From: Chthoniobacterales bacterium
GTDB taxonomy: Bacteria > Verrucomicrobiota > Verrucomicrobiia > Chthoniobacterales > Chthoniobacteraceae
Length of the DNA stretch: 64,000 bases
Direction: 5' to 3'
NCBI GenBank assembly: GCA_038207335.1
Contig: JBBQZX010000001.1
Span: 320,001 to 384,000 of the forward strand
The stretch's first letter is position 1. Each line of letters begins with the position of its first letter. The position numbers and the translations under genes are program-made. Shown here in pieces: positions 49,591 to 60,438 of the stretch. The notes under the pieces were generated by a model. The model was not told the DNA's origin, made no database searches, and saw only the letters and a list, made by a program, of their open reading frames with translations.

Positions 49591-49830
49591 TTAGAACCAC
49601 CATCCCCATTTCGAGAGCCACTCGATCAACTTCAACCAGTAGCGGTCGCCGTATCACACCGCGAGGTAGGCGGAGGCGAGGGCGCTTAGGATGACCGCTG
49701 CCCGGAATGCTCCGGCGTGGTCGAACGTGTAATTGAGGAGGGCGAGAAAGGCGACGAGCGCACCGAAGACGAAGCCGCAACCGAAGCGGAGGCGCTTTTC
49801 AGAGACGTCGGGCTCGCGCTCTTTGGTCAT
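49591..49830 (-). pseudogene. Small two-TM membrane protein gene interrupted by an in-frame TGA
   Basis: MTKEREPDVSEKRLRFGCGFVFGALVAFLALLNYTFDHAGAFRAAVILSALASAYLAV*YGDRYWLKLIEWLSKWGWWF*; TGA at 49654-49656; starts 6 nt after the SDR stop. Confidence 0.7.
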
Positions 49831-49836
49831 CAAGGC

Positions 49837-51414
49837 TCACCAATCCGTCGGGACGTAGTCTTTGAGGAATTTGCCCCAGATGTGGGTGCCGGTGTTGAAG
49901 CCGGCGATGATGGGATCGACGATGCGGGAGGCGCCATCGACGATGTCGAGCGGGGGGTGGAAGCGGTGCTCGGCTTGTTTGCGGACGGCGATTTCGACGG
50001 GGTCTTCGTCGCTGACCCAGCCGGTATCGACGCTGTTCATGTGGATGCCGTCGGCGTGATATTCGGCGGCGGAGGTGCGCGTCATCATGTTGAGCGCGGC
50101 CTTTGTCATGTTGGTGTGCGGGTGGCGCGTGGTCTTGAATTTTCGATAGAACTGCCCTTCGACGGCGGAGACGTTCACGATGTGTTTGTCGCGCTCGGGG
50201 GTGCGGAGCATGAGGGGCTTGAGGCGCGCGTTGAGGAGGAAGGGGGCGACGGCGTTAACGAGTTGGGTCTCGAGGAGCTCGACGGAGGAGACTTCGGAGA
50301 GGAGCAGGCGCCAGGAATTGCGGTCGCGCAGATCGACCTGCTGGAGGTCTTGGTCGAGCCGCCCGGCGGGGAAGAGGTGCTGCTGCGCGAGGCGTTCGTC
50401 GGGGAGGAGGGCGGTCTGGGAAAGGGCGGCGGCTTGCGTGAGGCCGGGTGCGCCGGGGACGGTGAGCGCAGCTTCGCCCTCGGGCAGGAGATGGTATCCG
50501 CGGAGGCCCTCGTAGGCGCCGAGGAGGTGCTGGACTTCGGGGCGCAGGGTGTGGAGGGCGGCGGTCTCGCCTTCCATCATGTGGGCGTAGAAGTCGGGCG
50601 GGCGGCGGACGGTCTGGCAGGCGTTGCTGATGATGAAGTCGAGGCGGTCCTCCGTGGCGAGGAGGTGGCGGCAGAAGGCCTCGACGCTCGGCGTGTGGCG
50701 CAGGTCGAGGCCGAAGATTTCGAGCCGATCGGACCATTCGGAGAAGTCCGCTTCCTGTGCGTATCGGGCGGCGGAGTCGCGGGGGAAACGTGTGGTGATG
50801 ATGAGCTTTGCGCCCGCGCGGAGGAGCTTGATGCCGGCCTGGTATCCGATTTTCACCCGGCCGCCGGTGAGGAGAGCGACGCGGCCGCGGAGGTCGGCGG
50901 TCTCGGTGCGTTTGCGGAGATTCAGTTCGGCGCAGGTGGGGCAGAGCTGGTCGTAGAAGGGGTGGATGCGGGAGTAGTCGCGCTTGCAGATGTAGCAGTT
51001 CTGCGGCTCGAGCACGTCGCGGAAATCGGGATCGTTCTCGACTTCCTGCGGCTCGAGGAGGGGCGGGGGCGGGGGATTCGGCGTGGTGAAGACGGGCTTG
51101 CTGCGGAGGGCGCGGATGCCGGTCTCGGAGAGCACGGTTTCGTCGCGGACGCGCTTGTCGGACTTGCGCTGGCGGTTGCGGGCTTTCACGAGCCGCCGCC
51201 GCTCGGCGGGTTCGGGACAATAGACGTCGCCCGCCGCGCGCAGAAGCCGGGTGCGCTCTCCGATGGGGAGGGAAAGGATCAGCGTGCGATTGGCGGCGAC
51301 GGCTTCGAGCAGGTCAGCGGCGTCGCGCAGACGCGCGGCGAGTTCGCGGATATCGGTGTCGCCGGCATCGACTGCGGCGTGATCGGCGGATTCGGTGTGC
51401 GGCTTGGAAAGCAT
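49837..51414 (-). CDS. SDR-family oxidoreductase with an N-terminal Cys4 zinc-finger-like region
   Basis: CYICK...[44 protein letters not shown]. Confidence 0.9.
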   Translation of the reverse strand: MLSKPHTESADHAAVDAGDTDIRELAARLRDAADLLEAVAANRTLILSLPIGERTRLLRAAGDVYCPEPAERRRLVKARNRQRKSDKRVRDETVLSETGIRALRSKPVFTTPNPPPPPLLEPQEVENDPDFRDVLEPQNCYICKRDYSRIHPFYDQLCPTCAELNLRKRTETADLRGRVALLTGGRVKIGYQAGIKLLRAGAKLIITTRFPRDSAARYAQEADFSEWSDRLEIFGLDLRHTPSVEAFCRHLLATEDRLDFIISNACQTVRRPPDFYAHMMEGETAALHTLRPEVQHLLGAYEGLRGYHLLPEGEAALTVPGAPGLTQAAALSQTALLPDERLAQQHLFPAGRLDQDLQQVDLRDRNSWRLLLSEVSSVELLETQLVNAVAPFLLNARLKPLMLRTPERDKHIVNVSAVEGQFYRKFKTTRHPHTNMTKAALNMMTRTSAAEYHADGIHMNSVDTGWVSDEDPVEIAVRKQAEHRFHPPLDIVDGASRIVDPIIAGFNTGTHIWGKFLKDYVPTDW

Positions 51415-51516
51415 TGCGGGGACAATAGCCGTGAGTGAAGTGCGGTCGAGGCGAAGCGGGCCGCAGCGCGCGATCTGCGATTGTGTCGCGGGGAGAATTT
51501 TGCCAAGTGTCCCCGC

Positions 51517-51897
51517 ATGAAAGTCGCAACCATCATCGTCCGTGTCTTGCTCGGCCTCGCGTTCGTCGTGTTCGGGGCAAATATCTTTTTGCAATTCATC
51601 CCAATGCCAAAAGATGTGAAGCCGCCGCCGCTCGCGATCGACTTCAGTCGCGCGCTGATGGAGAGCCACTACATCCTAGTGGTCGGCGCACTGCAATTCA
51701 TCGGCGGCGCACTTTTGCTCATCGGGCGCTTCGTGCCGCTCGGGCTGACACTGCTCGGGCCGGTCGTTGTGAATATCGTGCTTTTCCACATCTTCCTCGA
51801 CCCTTCGGGACTGCCGATTGCCGCCGTGTTTTCCGCGCTCACACTGTTTTTGCTGTGGAGCTACCGCTCGGCGTTTGCGGGCTTGGTGAGAGCGTGA
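51517..51897 (+). CDS. DoxX-family membrane protein
   Basis: [34 protein letters not shown]; four TM helices. Confidence 0.85.
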   Translation: MKVATIIVRVLLGLAFVVFGANIFLQFIPMPKDVKPPPLAIDFSRALMESHYILVVGALQFIGGALLLIGRFVPLGLTLLGPVVVNIVLFHIFLDPSGLPIAAVFSALTLFLLWSYRSAFAGLVRA

Positions 51898-51900
51898 TTC

Positions 51901-53538
51901 TTATTGGCGGCGGCGGCCGGTGACTCCGAGCACGCCGAGGAGCGAGCGCGTGAGGGTGCCGGCGATATTTACGGCGACGCTGCGGACGACGGATTTCGCG
52001 ACGCTGCTGCCGAAGATCTCGCCGACGTAATTGCGCGCGGGTGCGGCCGGGCGCTGATACGGCACGCCGACGGGTTCGTCCGGGCGACCGAGTGCTTCGG
52101 CGAGTTTGGGATTGGGAGTCTCGGGCGATCCACCCGTCGCGCCGGGCGTGAAGGTGCGGCGTGCGGAGCCGCCGGATGGCGTGGCGGCGACGGTCGCGAT
52201 TTTGCCGCCGAGGATCTCGTAGGCGCTTCGCGAGTCGATCGGCGTGTTGTATTTCTCCGCGATCGGCGAGGAGGCGACGAGCGCCTGAAGCTCGGCCTCG
52301 GTGAGCGGGCCCATGCGAGAACGCGGCGCGCAGAGGAGCGTCGCGGCGAGCGGGGTGGGGGAGCCGCGCTCATCGAGCACAGTGACGAGCGCCTCTCCGA
52401 TGCCGAGGTCGGTGAGCAACCTCTCGGTGTCGTAAAATGGCGTCTCGGGATAGTTCTCGGCGACGAGCTTAATCGCCTTCCGATCCTTTGCAGTAAAGGC
52501 GCGGAGGGCGTGCTGGATTTTCATCCCGAGCTGCGCGAGCACGTCGTCCGGCACGTCCGTCGGGAGCTGCGTGCAAAAGAAAATGCCGATGCCTTTTGAG
52601 CGGATGAGCTTTATGACCGTGGTGATTTGATCGAGCAGCGACCGCTCCGCGCCGTCGAAAATTAAGTGCGCTTCGTCGATGAAAACGACGAGCTTCGGCT
52701 TCTCGACATCGCCGACTTCCGGGAGCGTCGCGTAGAGTTCCGCGAGGAGTTGGAGCATGAAACTGGAGAAAAGTTTCGGGCGGTCTTGCATTCCGGCGAG
52801 TCGGAGCAGCGAGATGACTCCAAAGCCATCGACGCAGCGGCAGAGGTCATCGACCTCGAACGACGGCTCGCCAAAAAACGTCTCCGCGCCCTGCGACTCG
52901 AGCTCGATAAGCTTTCGCAAAATCAGTCCGACCGATGCCGTCGGGATCAGCCCGTATTCCGCGCTCACGTCGGCCTTTGCCTCGCCCGTGATGTATTCGA
53001 GAACTTTCTTGAAGTCCTTCAGGTCTAGTAGCGGGAGGTGCTTGTCGTCGCAAAATTTATAGACGAGCGCGACGAGGCTCGACTGTGTGTCATTCAGCCC
53101 GAGAACGCGGGAAAAGAGTGCCGGGCCGAACTCCAGAACCGTGGCTCGCAGCCGTGCGCCGGCCTCGTCGAGCAGCGTGAGAAACTCCACCGGATACGAG
53201 CCCGGTGCCCATTCGGAGCCGATCTTCGCGTGCCGCTCGGTGATTCCGGTCGACGAAGTTCCGGCAGCGCCGAGCCCGCTGAGGTCGCCTTTGATGTCCA
53301 TCAAAAGCGTCGGGACGCCGGCCTCCGAGAGCTGCTCGGCGATCATCTGCAGCGTCTTCGTTTTGCCCGTGCCGGTCGCGCCGGAGATGAGCCCGTGGCG
53401 GTTCATCGTGCGCAGCGGCAGCCGCACCGGCGCTTCCGCGTGGGCGACGCCGTCCTTCATCGCAGCGCCGAGCAGCACCGCATCGCCCTTAAAAGCATAG
53501 CCTGCCTGCATGGTGGAAACGAAGTCGCGAAAATTCAT
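51901..53538 (-). CDS. DUF853 / HerA-like P-loop ATPase (YjgR family)
   Basis: NRHGLISGATGTGKT, DIKGDLSG, FFGEP, LPEVGD, FIDEAHL, QHALRAFT. Confidence 0.93.
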   Translation of the reverse strand: MNFRDFVSTMQAGYAFKGDAVLLGAAMKDGVAHAEAPVRLPLRTMNRHGLISGATGTGKTKTLQMIAEQLSEAGVPTLLMDIKGDLSGLGAAGTSSTGITERHAKIGSEWAPGSYPVEFLTLLDEAGARLRATVLEFGPALFSRVLGLNDTQSSLVALVYKFCDDKHLPLLDLKDFKKVLEYITGEAKADVSAEYGLIPTASVGLILRKLIELESQGAETFFGEPSFEVDDLCRCVDGFGVISLLRLAGMQDRPKLFSSFMLQLLAELYATLPEVGDVEKPKLVVFIDEAHLIFDGAERSLLDQITTVIKLIRSKGIGIFFCTQLPTDVPDDVLAQLGMKIQHALRAFTAKDRKAIKLVAENYPETPFYDTERLLTDLGIGEALVTVLDERGSPTPLAATLLCAPRSRMGPLTEAELQALVASSPIAEKYNTPIDSRSAYEILGGKIATVAATPSGGSARRTFTPGATGGSPETPNPKLAEALGRPDEPVGVPYQRPAAPARNYVGEIFGSSVAKSVVRSVAVNIAGTLTRSLLGVLGVTGRRRQ

Positions 53539-53650
53539 CTGCGCACTCTGCCCCGGTGCCGCGCGCCGGGCAAGATTCAGCGTCAACTCATCTCCACATC
53601 CGCGCCCTCTGCGGAATCCGCGGTCAAAACCCCATGCAACCCGGGAAATT

Positions 53651-53684
53651 AAAAACCCACCGCCGGTTACGACGGTGGGTTTTT
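53651..53684. terminator. Rho-independent terminator for the sigma factor gene (bidirectional form)
   Basis: AAAAACCCACCG-ccggttacga-CGGTGGGTTTTT. Confidence 0.8.
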
Positions 53685-53702
53685 GACCCGCATTCGGGGG
53701 AA

Positions 53703-54575
53703 TTACGCTTCTTCAAGCGTGGCGGGAATCAGGTGCGCGATCGGCCTTTCTTTTTTGGCCAATGCACGGCGCATTTTCAAAATCGCGATGTTTTGGAGCT
53801 GGCGAATGCGCTCGCGAGTGACTCCGAACTTTTCGCCGACATCCTCGAGGGTCTTCGACTTCCCACCATCGAGTCCGAAGCGTGAGAAGATGATCTTTTT
53901 CTCCCGATCATCAAGAACGGAGAGCAGGTCGCCGACTTCGTCGCGAAGGTCTTGGTCACGCAGTTCTTCGAACGGGTTCTGCGCGTCCACGTCGGAGACG
54001 AGTTCGCCGAATTCGGTCGCATTGTCGTCTCCGACCGGCGCGTCGAGCGACGCCGGGCGGATCGAAACCGTCTTGAGTTGCGAGACTTTGCTAGGAGAGA
54101 TACCCACCTCCTCTGCGAGTTCCTCGTCGGTCGGTTCGCGTCCGAGCTCTTCGCTCATTTGGAGCGCTACGCGACGGATCTTCGAGATTTTGTCCACGAG
54201 ATGCACCGGCAGGCGGATCGTCTTGCTCTGGTTTGCCAGCGCGCGCTTGATCGACTGCTTGATCCACCACGCGCCATACGTGCTGAATTTCGCGCCTTTC
54301 GTGGAGTCGAAACGCTCGACGCCTTTCATCAGCCCGATGTTCCCCTCAGAAATGAGGTCGAGCAACGGCATCCCGAGATTTGCGTAATCCTGCGCGATTT
54401 TAACGACGAGGCGCAGATTCGAACGCACCATGAGCGAGAATGCCTCGCGATCGCCTTTTTTGATTTTAGCGGCGAGTTCCACTTCCTGATCGGGGGTGAG
54501 CAGAGGAGTTTTTCCAATCTCGCGGAGGTAGATTTTGATTCCGGAGTCGGAGTCTTCGGCGGATTTGAAGTTCAT
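53703..54575 (-). CDS. RNA polymerase sigma-70 factor, RpoD/SigA family, lacking region 1.1
   Basis: YLREIG..PLLT, NLRLVVKIA, DLISEGNIGL, KFSTYGAWWIKQSI, TIRLPVH, TLEDVG..FGVTRERIRQ. Confidence 0.95.
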   Translation of the reverse strand: MNFKSAEDSDSGIKIYLREIGKTPLLTPDQEVELAAKIKKGDREAFSLMVRSNLRLVVKIAQDYANLGMPLLDLISEGNIGLMKGVERFDSTKGAKFSTYGAWWIKQSIKRALANQSKTIRLPVHLVDKISKIRRVALQMSEELGREPTDEELAEEVGISPSKVSQLKTVSIRPASLDAPVGDDNATEFGELVSDVDAQNPFEELRDQDLRDEVGDLLSVLDDREKKIIFSRFGLDGGKSKTLEDVGEKFGVTRERIRQLQNIAILKMRRALAKKERPIAHLIPATLEEA

Positions 54576-54725
54576 TTTTGGTGCTTTCTAGTTTCGCGGC
54601 CTGAAGATGATTCGGGGTTGCAAATCGCCTTGGCCGTGCTTTTGCAAAATATTTTATCAAAATGCGCCCACAGTAAAGGAAAATATTTTTTTCATTTCGC
54701 CATTTGTTCGTAAAGCGAGGCAATC

Positions 54726-54755
54726 TTGACTTCCGCTCGCTCGGCCTCCTACGCT
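54726..54755 (+). promoter_or_regulatory. Putative sigma-70 promoter of tkt
   Basis: TTGACT-18 nt-TACGCT, 15 nt upstream of the ATG. Confidence 0.45.
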
Positions 54756-54770
54756 CCGCGCCCTTCTTAT

Positions 54771-56759
54771 ATGACACTCAATCTCGACGCCCTTTCCCGT
54801 GCCTCAGACGAAGCGCGCGGCCTCGCCATGGACGCGGTCCATGCCTGCTCCTCCGGACACCTCGGCCTCCCACTTGGCTGCGCGGAGATCGGTGCGGTCC
54901 TCTTCGGCCACGCCATGAACTACAATCCCGAGGACGGATGCTGGCTCAATCGCGACCGCTTCATCCTGAGTGCCGGGCACGGATCCATGTTCCTCTATGG
55001 CTGGCTGCACCTCGCCGGATACCCGCTGATCACTTTGGATCAGGTGAAAAAGTTCCGCGCGTTTGGGAGTCACACTCCGGGGCATCCGGAGTCGTTTGAA
55101 ACCGAGGGCGTAGAATGCACCACGGGGCCACTCGGGCAGGGCGTGGCGAACGCCGTCGGCATGGCGGTTTCGCAGAAAATGGCGGCGGCGCGTTTCAACA
55201 CGGACGACTACAAGATTCTCGACAACCACATCATCTGCCTCGCGGGCGACGGCTGCCTGCAGGAGGGCGTCTCCGCCGAAGCGTCCGCTTTTGCTGCGCA
55301 TTTTCACCTCGATAATCTCATCCTCATCTACGACTCCAACGACGTGACGCTCGACGCGATGGCAAAGGCCACGCAAAGCGAGGACACGGCAAAGCGCTAC
55401 GAGGCGTATGGCTGGGATGTGCAGACCGTCGATGGTAACGACATGACCGCTTTCCTCGGTGCGTTCGAGAAGGCGAAAGCAGCGAAGGGCAAGCCGCAAT
55501 TCATCGTCGCGCGGACGCTGATCGGTAGAGGAATCCCCGAGGTCGCCGGCACGAGCAAAGCGCACGGTGAAGGCGGTGCGAAGTTTATCGATTCAGCGCG
55601 GAAAGGGCTCGGACTGCCTGATGAGCATTTCTTCGTTTCGGAAGAAACGCGCGTGTATTTCGCCGAGCACAAACAGAAGCTCGTCGAGAAATACGAGACG
55701 TGGCTCCAGCGTTTTGAGGTGTGGAAGGCGGCGCATCCGGTGCGCGCAAAGGAACTCTCAGACGGGCTGGAGAATGTCGTGCCCAACGATCTAATGCTGC
55801 GCGTCCCGGCGTTCCCGTCGGATGCAAAAATTGCGACCCGCAAGGCCGGCAGCGACGTGCTGCAGCCGCTCGCCGCGGCCATGCCGTTGCTCATCAGCGG
55901 CAGCGCGGACTTGCACGGCTCCACGCTGAACTACATCAACTCCGACAAGGATTTCACGCCCGAGAATCCGACGGGCCGAAACATCCGCTTTGGCATCCGC
56001 GAACACGCAATGGCGTCGATGCTGAACGGCTTTGCCTACGACGGCATCTTCCGTCCGAGCGGCGCGACGTTCCTCGTCTTCGCCGACTACGCCCGACCGG
56101 CAATCCGCCTCGCGGCGCTCTCGAAACTCCCGGTGATCTACATCTTCACCCACGACTCCGTCGGCGTCGGCGAAGACGGTCCCACGCACCAACCGGTCGA
56201 GACCGTCGCCGGCCTCCGCATCATCCCTCAGCTCGATGTCATCCGCCCCGCCGATCCCGAGGAAACCGCGGGCGCATTCGTCGCCGCGATCGAGCGCACA
56301 ACCGGGCCAACACTCATCGCGCTCACGCGCCAAGCCGTGCCGATGTTGAATGAAATCTCGATGGAAACGCGGCGCCAAGGGGTGCAAAAAGGTGGCTACA
56401 TCGCGATCCAAGAGACCGGTGAATTGAAGACGATCCTGCTGAGTTGCGGCAGCGAGTTGCAGCACGCGGTCGCCGCGGCGAAGCAACTCGGCGACGGCGT
56501 GCGCGTCGTCTCGATGCCGTGCTTCGAGCGGTTCGACGCGCAGGAGGCGGAATATCGTGAGTGCGTGTTGCCTCGCAGTTGCCGCCGTCGCGTGGCGATC
56601 GAAGCGGGCGTCTCCGACGTGTGGCACCGCTACGTCGGGCTCGATGGAAAAGTGATCGGCATCGACCGCTTCGGCCTCAGCGCGCCGGGGAACAAAGTGA
56701 TGGAAGTCCTCGGCATCACCGCGCAGCACGTCGTCGACGCGGTGAAGTCACTCGGCTAA
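54771..56759 (+). CDS. tkt: Transketolase
   Basis: [68 protein letters not shown]. Confidence 0.97.
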   Translation: MTLNLDALSRASDEARGLAMDAVHACSSGHLGLPLGCAEIGAVLFGHAMNYNPEDGCWLNRDRFILSAGHGSMFLYGWLHLAGYPLITLDQVKKFRAFGSHTPGHPESFETEGVECTTGPLGQGVANAVGMAVSQKMAAARFNTDDYKILDNHIICLAGDGCLQEGVSAEASAFAAHFHLDNLILIYDSNDVTLDAMAKATQSEDTAKRYEAYGWDVQTVDGNDMTAFLGAFEKAKAAKGKPQFIVARTLIGRGIPEVAGTSKAHGEGGAKFIDSARKGLGLPDEHFFVSEETRVYFAEHKQKLVEKYETWLQRFEVWKAAHPVRAKELSDGLENVVPNDLMLRVPAFPSDAKIATRKAGSDVLQPLAAAMPLLISGSADLHGSTLNYINSDKDFTPENPTGRNIRFGIREHAMASMLNGFAYDGIFRPSGATFLVFADYARPAIRLAALSKLPVIYIFTHDSVGVGEDGPTHQPVETVAGLRIIPQLDVIRPADPEETAGAFVAAIERTTGPTLIALTRQAVPMLNEISMETRRQGVQKGGYIAIQETGELKTILLSCGSELQHAVAAAKQLGDGVRVVSMPCFERFDAQEAEYRECVLPRSCRRRVAIEAGVSDVWHRYVGLDGKVIGIDRFGLSAPGNKVMEVLGITAQHVVDAVKSLG

Positions 56760-56779
56760 AAAGTCCGCTTCCGATTTAG

Positions 56780-56833
56780 AAACGCAAAAGGCGCGCCGTC
56801 CGCACTCGCGGATGGCGCGCCTGTTTTGCGTTT
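56780..56833. terminator. Bidirectional terminator between convergent tkt and DUF1328 genes
   Basis: AAACGCAAAA-GGCGCGCCGTCCGC-actc-GCGGATGGCGCGCC-tg-TTTTGCGTTT. Confidence 0.85.
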
Positions 56834-56856
56834 TAGTGAAGGCGTAGTGAACTGAC

Positions 56857-57024
56857 TTACGCAGTCGGCCCGCGTCGACCGATCAGAAACGAGATGATGA
56901 ACAGCACGATGAATACGAAGAACAAAATCTTCGCTATGCCGATGGCGGTGCCGGCGAGGCCGCCGAAGCCGAGGACTGCCGCAATGAGAGCGATGACGAG
57001 GAAGGTAATGGCCCAGGAGATCAT
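56857..57024 (-). CDS. DUF1328 (UPF0391/YtjA-like) small membrane protein
   Basis: [49 protein letters not shown]. Confidence 0.92.
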   Translation of the reverse strand: MISWAITFLVIALIAAVLGFGGLAGTAIGIAKILFFVFIVLFIISFLIGRRGPTA

Positions 57025-57208
57025 AATTTTGGTTGGTTGATTTGTTTTATACTTCGCAACCAATTCGCTGCCGCTCCGATGTTTGGCCGTCCGCACATCG
57101 ATCGCGCTCAATTTTGGCGACCCTTTACCAAGGATCGGCGACCGGCCCGCGTGAGCTCGAAGGCACGGGCGGGCGCCGCGTGCAAATCCCGCCGAGCAAC
57201 GATCCCGG

Positions 57209-59023
57209 CTACAACCCTTCGATTACCGATGGATCGGCTTCCGTTTCGGGCGCTATCGCTCCGGTCACGAACTCTACTGCATGCGGCGTTCCAGTTTCCA
57301 CTCCCGAAAGAATCGGATCGCTCATCACGTCAGTTGTTACCGGCGCATCGTCAGCAGAAGTCGATGCCATCTCCGCAGGCGAGGCGAAATTCTCGATAAC
57401 TGCGACAGGCTCCGGGGTGCAGTCCGGTGAGGCTGCCAGCTCTTCGGTGGGGGCGATTTCCTCCCCGGAAGGCGCGGGTTCGCTTTGCAAGATGCTTGCT
57501 TCCTCCACCGGCGTGCTCGCATCCTTCGCGAATTCCGGCGCTTGCTTTTGCGCCTGCTCCACCTGCTTTTGCGGCTTTTGAGTGCCAGTTGGTTTTCCCG
57601 ATTCCTCCTCCCGCTCTGCCCGCGGCGAAAGCGGCAGGTCAAGCGTGCCGTCGTGAAATTCGATCACGTGCCCGACGTGGATCAGGTAGTGCAGATCGGA
57701 GGCGAGCGCGGATTTCTTCGCCATGAATTCCTCGGACTCCTGGGCCTCGCCGAGCAACTTCGCCGCGAGTTGAGGCCGCGTGATCTTCGGCTGCGCCTCC
57801 ACCGCACCGAGGATCGCCGCGATTCCGGCGGAGAAATTGCGCCCCTCCACATGCCGCTCCGGGCGCACCGCCGAGAGGTAGATGATCCGCTTGCGATGCT
57901 TGAAAAAGTGCAGCCCGATGTCGTTGAAAGTCGGACGCAGCGCGTTCACAAGATTCGACGGGAACCCGCGCTCCCGCTCCCATCCGTCTCGGAGTGCATT
58001 CGTGATCCCGCGGTCGCCGCTCGCGCGACTCGCCGCACCGCCAGTCTCCAGCGTGGTCCCGCTCTTCACCATCGCGGGCAGATACGTCTTGCGGAAATGC
58101 TGCTCCGCCTCTGCCAGCGATTTGAAAGTCACCGGCTCCTCCTCTTTCAAAGTCACAAACGTCGTCGCAGAGCGCGCCTGCTCTTTCCAGTCATTGACCG
58201 TCTGCTCGTCCGTCACGACCTGCACATCCTCGTGCTGAAACTCGCCAAACGACATGCGCCTGCTGAACCGCTCGTCGTAAAGTTTCCGCAGCGCCGGTTG
58301 GTAACCGTGATAATTCGTCGGCCCGAGCAGAATTCCCGTCGAGCGGCTGCGCGCGACGTTCCCAAACTTCCCTTTCAGCGGCTCACTCTGCACCACTTCC
58401 TCGCGATAAAATTCGTCTCGCAAATGCCGAAACGCCTCGCGCTCCAGCGCCTCGCGATCAAATGAAACTGGGCCGTCGTCAATTTGAAAAAGTGGACGCG
58501 TCGCATCGAGCGAAATAATCCGCACGCGATGCCGTTCCGGCTTCTCGAGAAAAAGCCGCGCCGTGCCGAAAAGCGGATAAGCGCGCCAGCTCGATTTTAT
58601 CTGCTTCGCGATCCCGGCCATGCCATTTGGCTCTGGCAAAAATTCCACGCGCACGTTCGGAGGTGCAGGTGGTGCTGGCGGGCGCGGCGCATCGCCTCCG
58701 CGCCGCTGATCCATCTGGCCACGGGGTCCACCGGGCCGTCGATCTCCGCCCGGCCCGCCCGGACGCGACCGCTCGCCCGGACGCGAATCCCGCCGATCTC
58801 CGCCCGGCTTCGGTGGCCCGCCGCCGCGCCGATCGCCGCGATTTCCGCCCGGCCCACCCGGACCGCCGGGCCGCCGCGGAGGACGGTCGCGATGATCGCG
58901 GTCGCCGCGATCCGAGCGACCGCCGGTGTCGCCTTGATAGTCGGCGTAACGGTTCTCCGAAGCGCCTTCCTTGAGCCAGTCCGGCAGAAATTTCAGGTCG
59001 AGATCGGTGGGCAGGTCGCTCAT
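57209..59023 (-). CDS. Hypothetical protein with an RG/GP-rich disordered N-terminus and an acidic tail
   Basis: Start [16 protein letters not shown]; globular-looking core ([12 protein letters not shown]...[11 protein letters not shown]...GHVIEFHDG). Confidence 0.82.
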   Translation of the reverse strand: MSDLPTDLDLKFLPDWLKEGASENRYADYQGDTGGRSDRGDRDHRDRPPRRPGGPGGPGGNRGDRRGGGPPKPGGDRRDSRPGERSRPGGPGGDRRPGGPRGQMDQRRGGDAPRPPAPPAPPNVRVEFLPEPNGMAGIAKQIKSSWRAYPLFGTARLFLEKPERHRVRIISLDATRPLFQIDDGPVSFDREALEREAFRHLRDEFYREEVVQSEPLKGKFGNVARSRSTGILLGPTNYHGYQPALRKLYDERFSRRMSFGEFQHEDVQVVTDEQTVNDWKEQARSATTFVTLKEEEPVTFKSLAEAEQHFRKTYLPAMVKSGTTLETGGAASRASGDRGITNALRDGWERERGFPSNLVNALRPTFNDIGLHFFKHRKRIIYLSAVRPERHVEGRNFSAGIAAILGAVEAQPKITRPQLAAKLLGEAQESEEFMAKKSALASDLHYLIHVGHVIEFHDGTLDLPLSPRAEREEESGKPTGTQKPQKQVEQAQKQAPEFAKDASTPVEEASILQSEPAPSGEEIAPTEELAASPDCTPEPVAVIENFASPAEMASTSADDAPVTTDVMSDPILSGVETGTPHAVEFVTGAIAPETEADPSVIEGL

Positions 59024-59180
59024 GGTTTTCCGTTCGTAAGGCCTCGCGTGGAAAATGTAAATGAGCCTGCTTCGGCCCCCGTTTTGAACTGGCACATTTT
59101 AGATGTTGCCAACATTTTCCGACGCCTCTAAAGCCTCTCCCCGCAACCAACCAACCAACTTCAGCAGCACCAAAAATTTT

Positions 59181-59426
59181 ATGTCAGACAAAACGATCGA
59201 GGAACGCGTCAAGGACATCATTGTCGAGCAACTTGGGGTGAATCCCGAGCAAGTCACCCCCGCCGCCTCGTTCATCGACGACCTCGGAGCCGATTCGCTC
59301 GACACCGTCGAACTCGTCATGGCTTTCGAGGAGGAATTCTCGGTTGAGGTCCCCGATGAAGACGCGGAAAAGCTCCAGAGCGTCGGCGACGTGGTGAAAT
59401 ACATTGAGGAAAAGACCGCGAAGTAA
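59181..59426 (+). CDS. acpP: Acyl carrier protein
   Basis: [20 protein letters not shown] phosphopantetheine motif. Confidence 0.97.
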   Translation: MSDKTIEERVKDIIVEQLGVNPEQVTPAASFIDDLGADSLDTVELVMAFEEEFSVEVPDEDAEKLQSVGDVVKYIEEKTAK

Positions 59427-59450
59427 CGGGTTTTCGATAGTTTGTTTTTG

Positions 59451-59483
59451 AAAAGAGACGGTCTTCGGACCGTCTCTTTTTTT
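59451..59483 (+). terminator. Rho-independent terminator after acpP
   Basis: AAAAGAGACGGTC-TTCG-GACCGTCTCTTTTTTT (cUUCGg tetraloop). Confidence 0.92.
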
Positions 59484-59538
59484 GTCGTGAAATCGCGCCA
59501 GCGCTTGAGAAATGGCGTCGCTCGAATGAACCTGCGCG

Positions 59539-60426
59539 ATGAGATTCATTTTCGTTTTCCTCGTGGTTGCAGGGTTGTCGGCCACATGTTTTGCAGCAGA
59601 AAAGTCGAGTGCTTCATCGAGCAAAAAGCCCAAGGCGCCCTCCACCGCGACACCGAAGCCGAAGCCCAAAGCGGCACCGACAGTGGACGACGAGAGCGAG
59701 AAAAAACCGGCGCTTCCCAGCAACGGCGAGAGCGCGCGAAAAGCGGCGTCCGCGCCGAACGCGACCGTCGAACCGAGCCAGATCGACGGGTTTGATTCGC
59801 AGCCTGAGGCAGTCAAAAAACTGATCATCAGCGCGCTCGCGCTCACGAAACAGGATCTTACGTACACGTACGGTTCCGCGGAGCCGTCGAATGGTGGGAT
59901 GGATTGCTCCGGGACGATCTACTACCTGCTCCGCCAGATGGGGCTCAACGACGTGCCGCGCGATGCGAGCGGGCAGTACGTGTGGGCGCGGAAGCGCGGA
60001 AAAGTCTTCCCGGTCGTTAGCAAAAAGGCGGGCGGCTTCGAGTTCGACGACATGCGTCCCGGCGATCTGATGTTTTGGACTGGCACTTACAAAGTCGATC
60101 GCGACCCGCCGGTGACGCACACCATGATCTATCTCGGCAAAGAAAAAGGGCGCGACCAGCCGATTATGGTCGGTTCCAGCGACGGGCGCAGTTACGACGG
60201 GAAATCGCGCTGGGGCGTGAGCGTCTTCGATTTCAAAATGCCGCGGGTGACCGAAGGGGAAGCTGTGTCGAAGACTGACTTCATCGGCTACGCGCACATC
60301 CCGGGGTTGGCATCCGGCGACGCGGCGAAGGCGGCTCCGGCGGCGGAGAAGGATGCGGACGAGCCCGCAGCGACACCGAAGCCGAAGCGGCGTGCATCGT
60401 CCAGCAGCTCGAAGTCAAAAAGCTGA
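59539..60426 (+). CDS. Secreted NlpC/P60 (C40) peptidase
   Basis: YTYGS...GMDCSG...PRDA..Q...PGDLMFW...THTMIYLG. Confidence 0.9.
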   Translation: MRFIFVFLVVAGLSATCFAAEKSSASSSKKPKAPSTATPKPKPKAAPTVDDESEKKPALPSNGESARKAASAPNATVEPSQIDGFDSQPEAVKKLIISALALTKQDLTYTYGSAEPSNGGMDCSGTIYYLLRQMGLNDVPRDASGQYVWARKRGKVFPVVSKKAGGFEFDDMRPGDLMFWTGTYKVDRDPPVTHTMIYLGKEKGRDQPIMVGSSDGRSYDGKSRWGVSVFDFKMPRVTEGEAVSKTDFIGYAHIPGLASGDAAKAAPAAEKDADEPAATPKPKRRASSSSSKSKS

Positions 60427-60438
60427 GCGATTCCTTGC

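Noticed and set aside
49654..49656. Selenocysteine recoding of the internal TGA
   Set aside because: No redox-motif context and no evident SECIS-like hairpin; CGA>TGA is simpler.
49717..51438. 573-aa + strand ORF
   Set aside because: Antisense shadow of the SDR gene.
53588..53635. Short ATCCGCG...CTGCGG...ATCCGCGG motif upstream of the DUF853 gene
   Set aside because: It resembles a dispersed intergenic repeat, but is single and too degenerate to support here.
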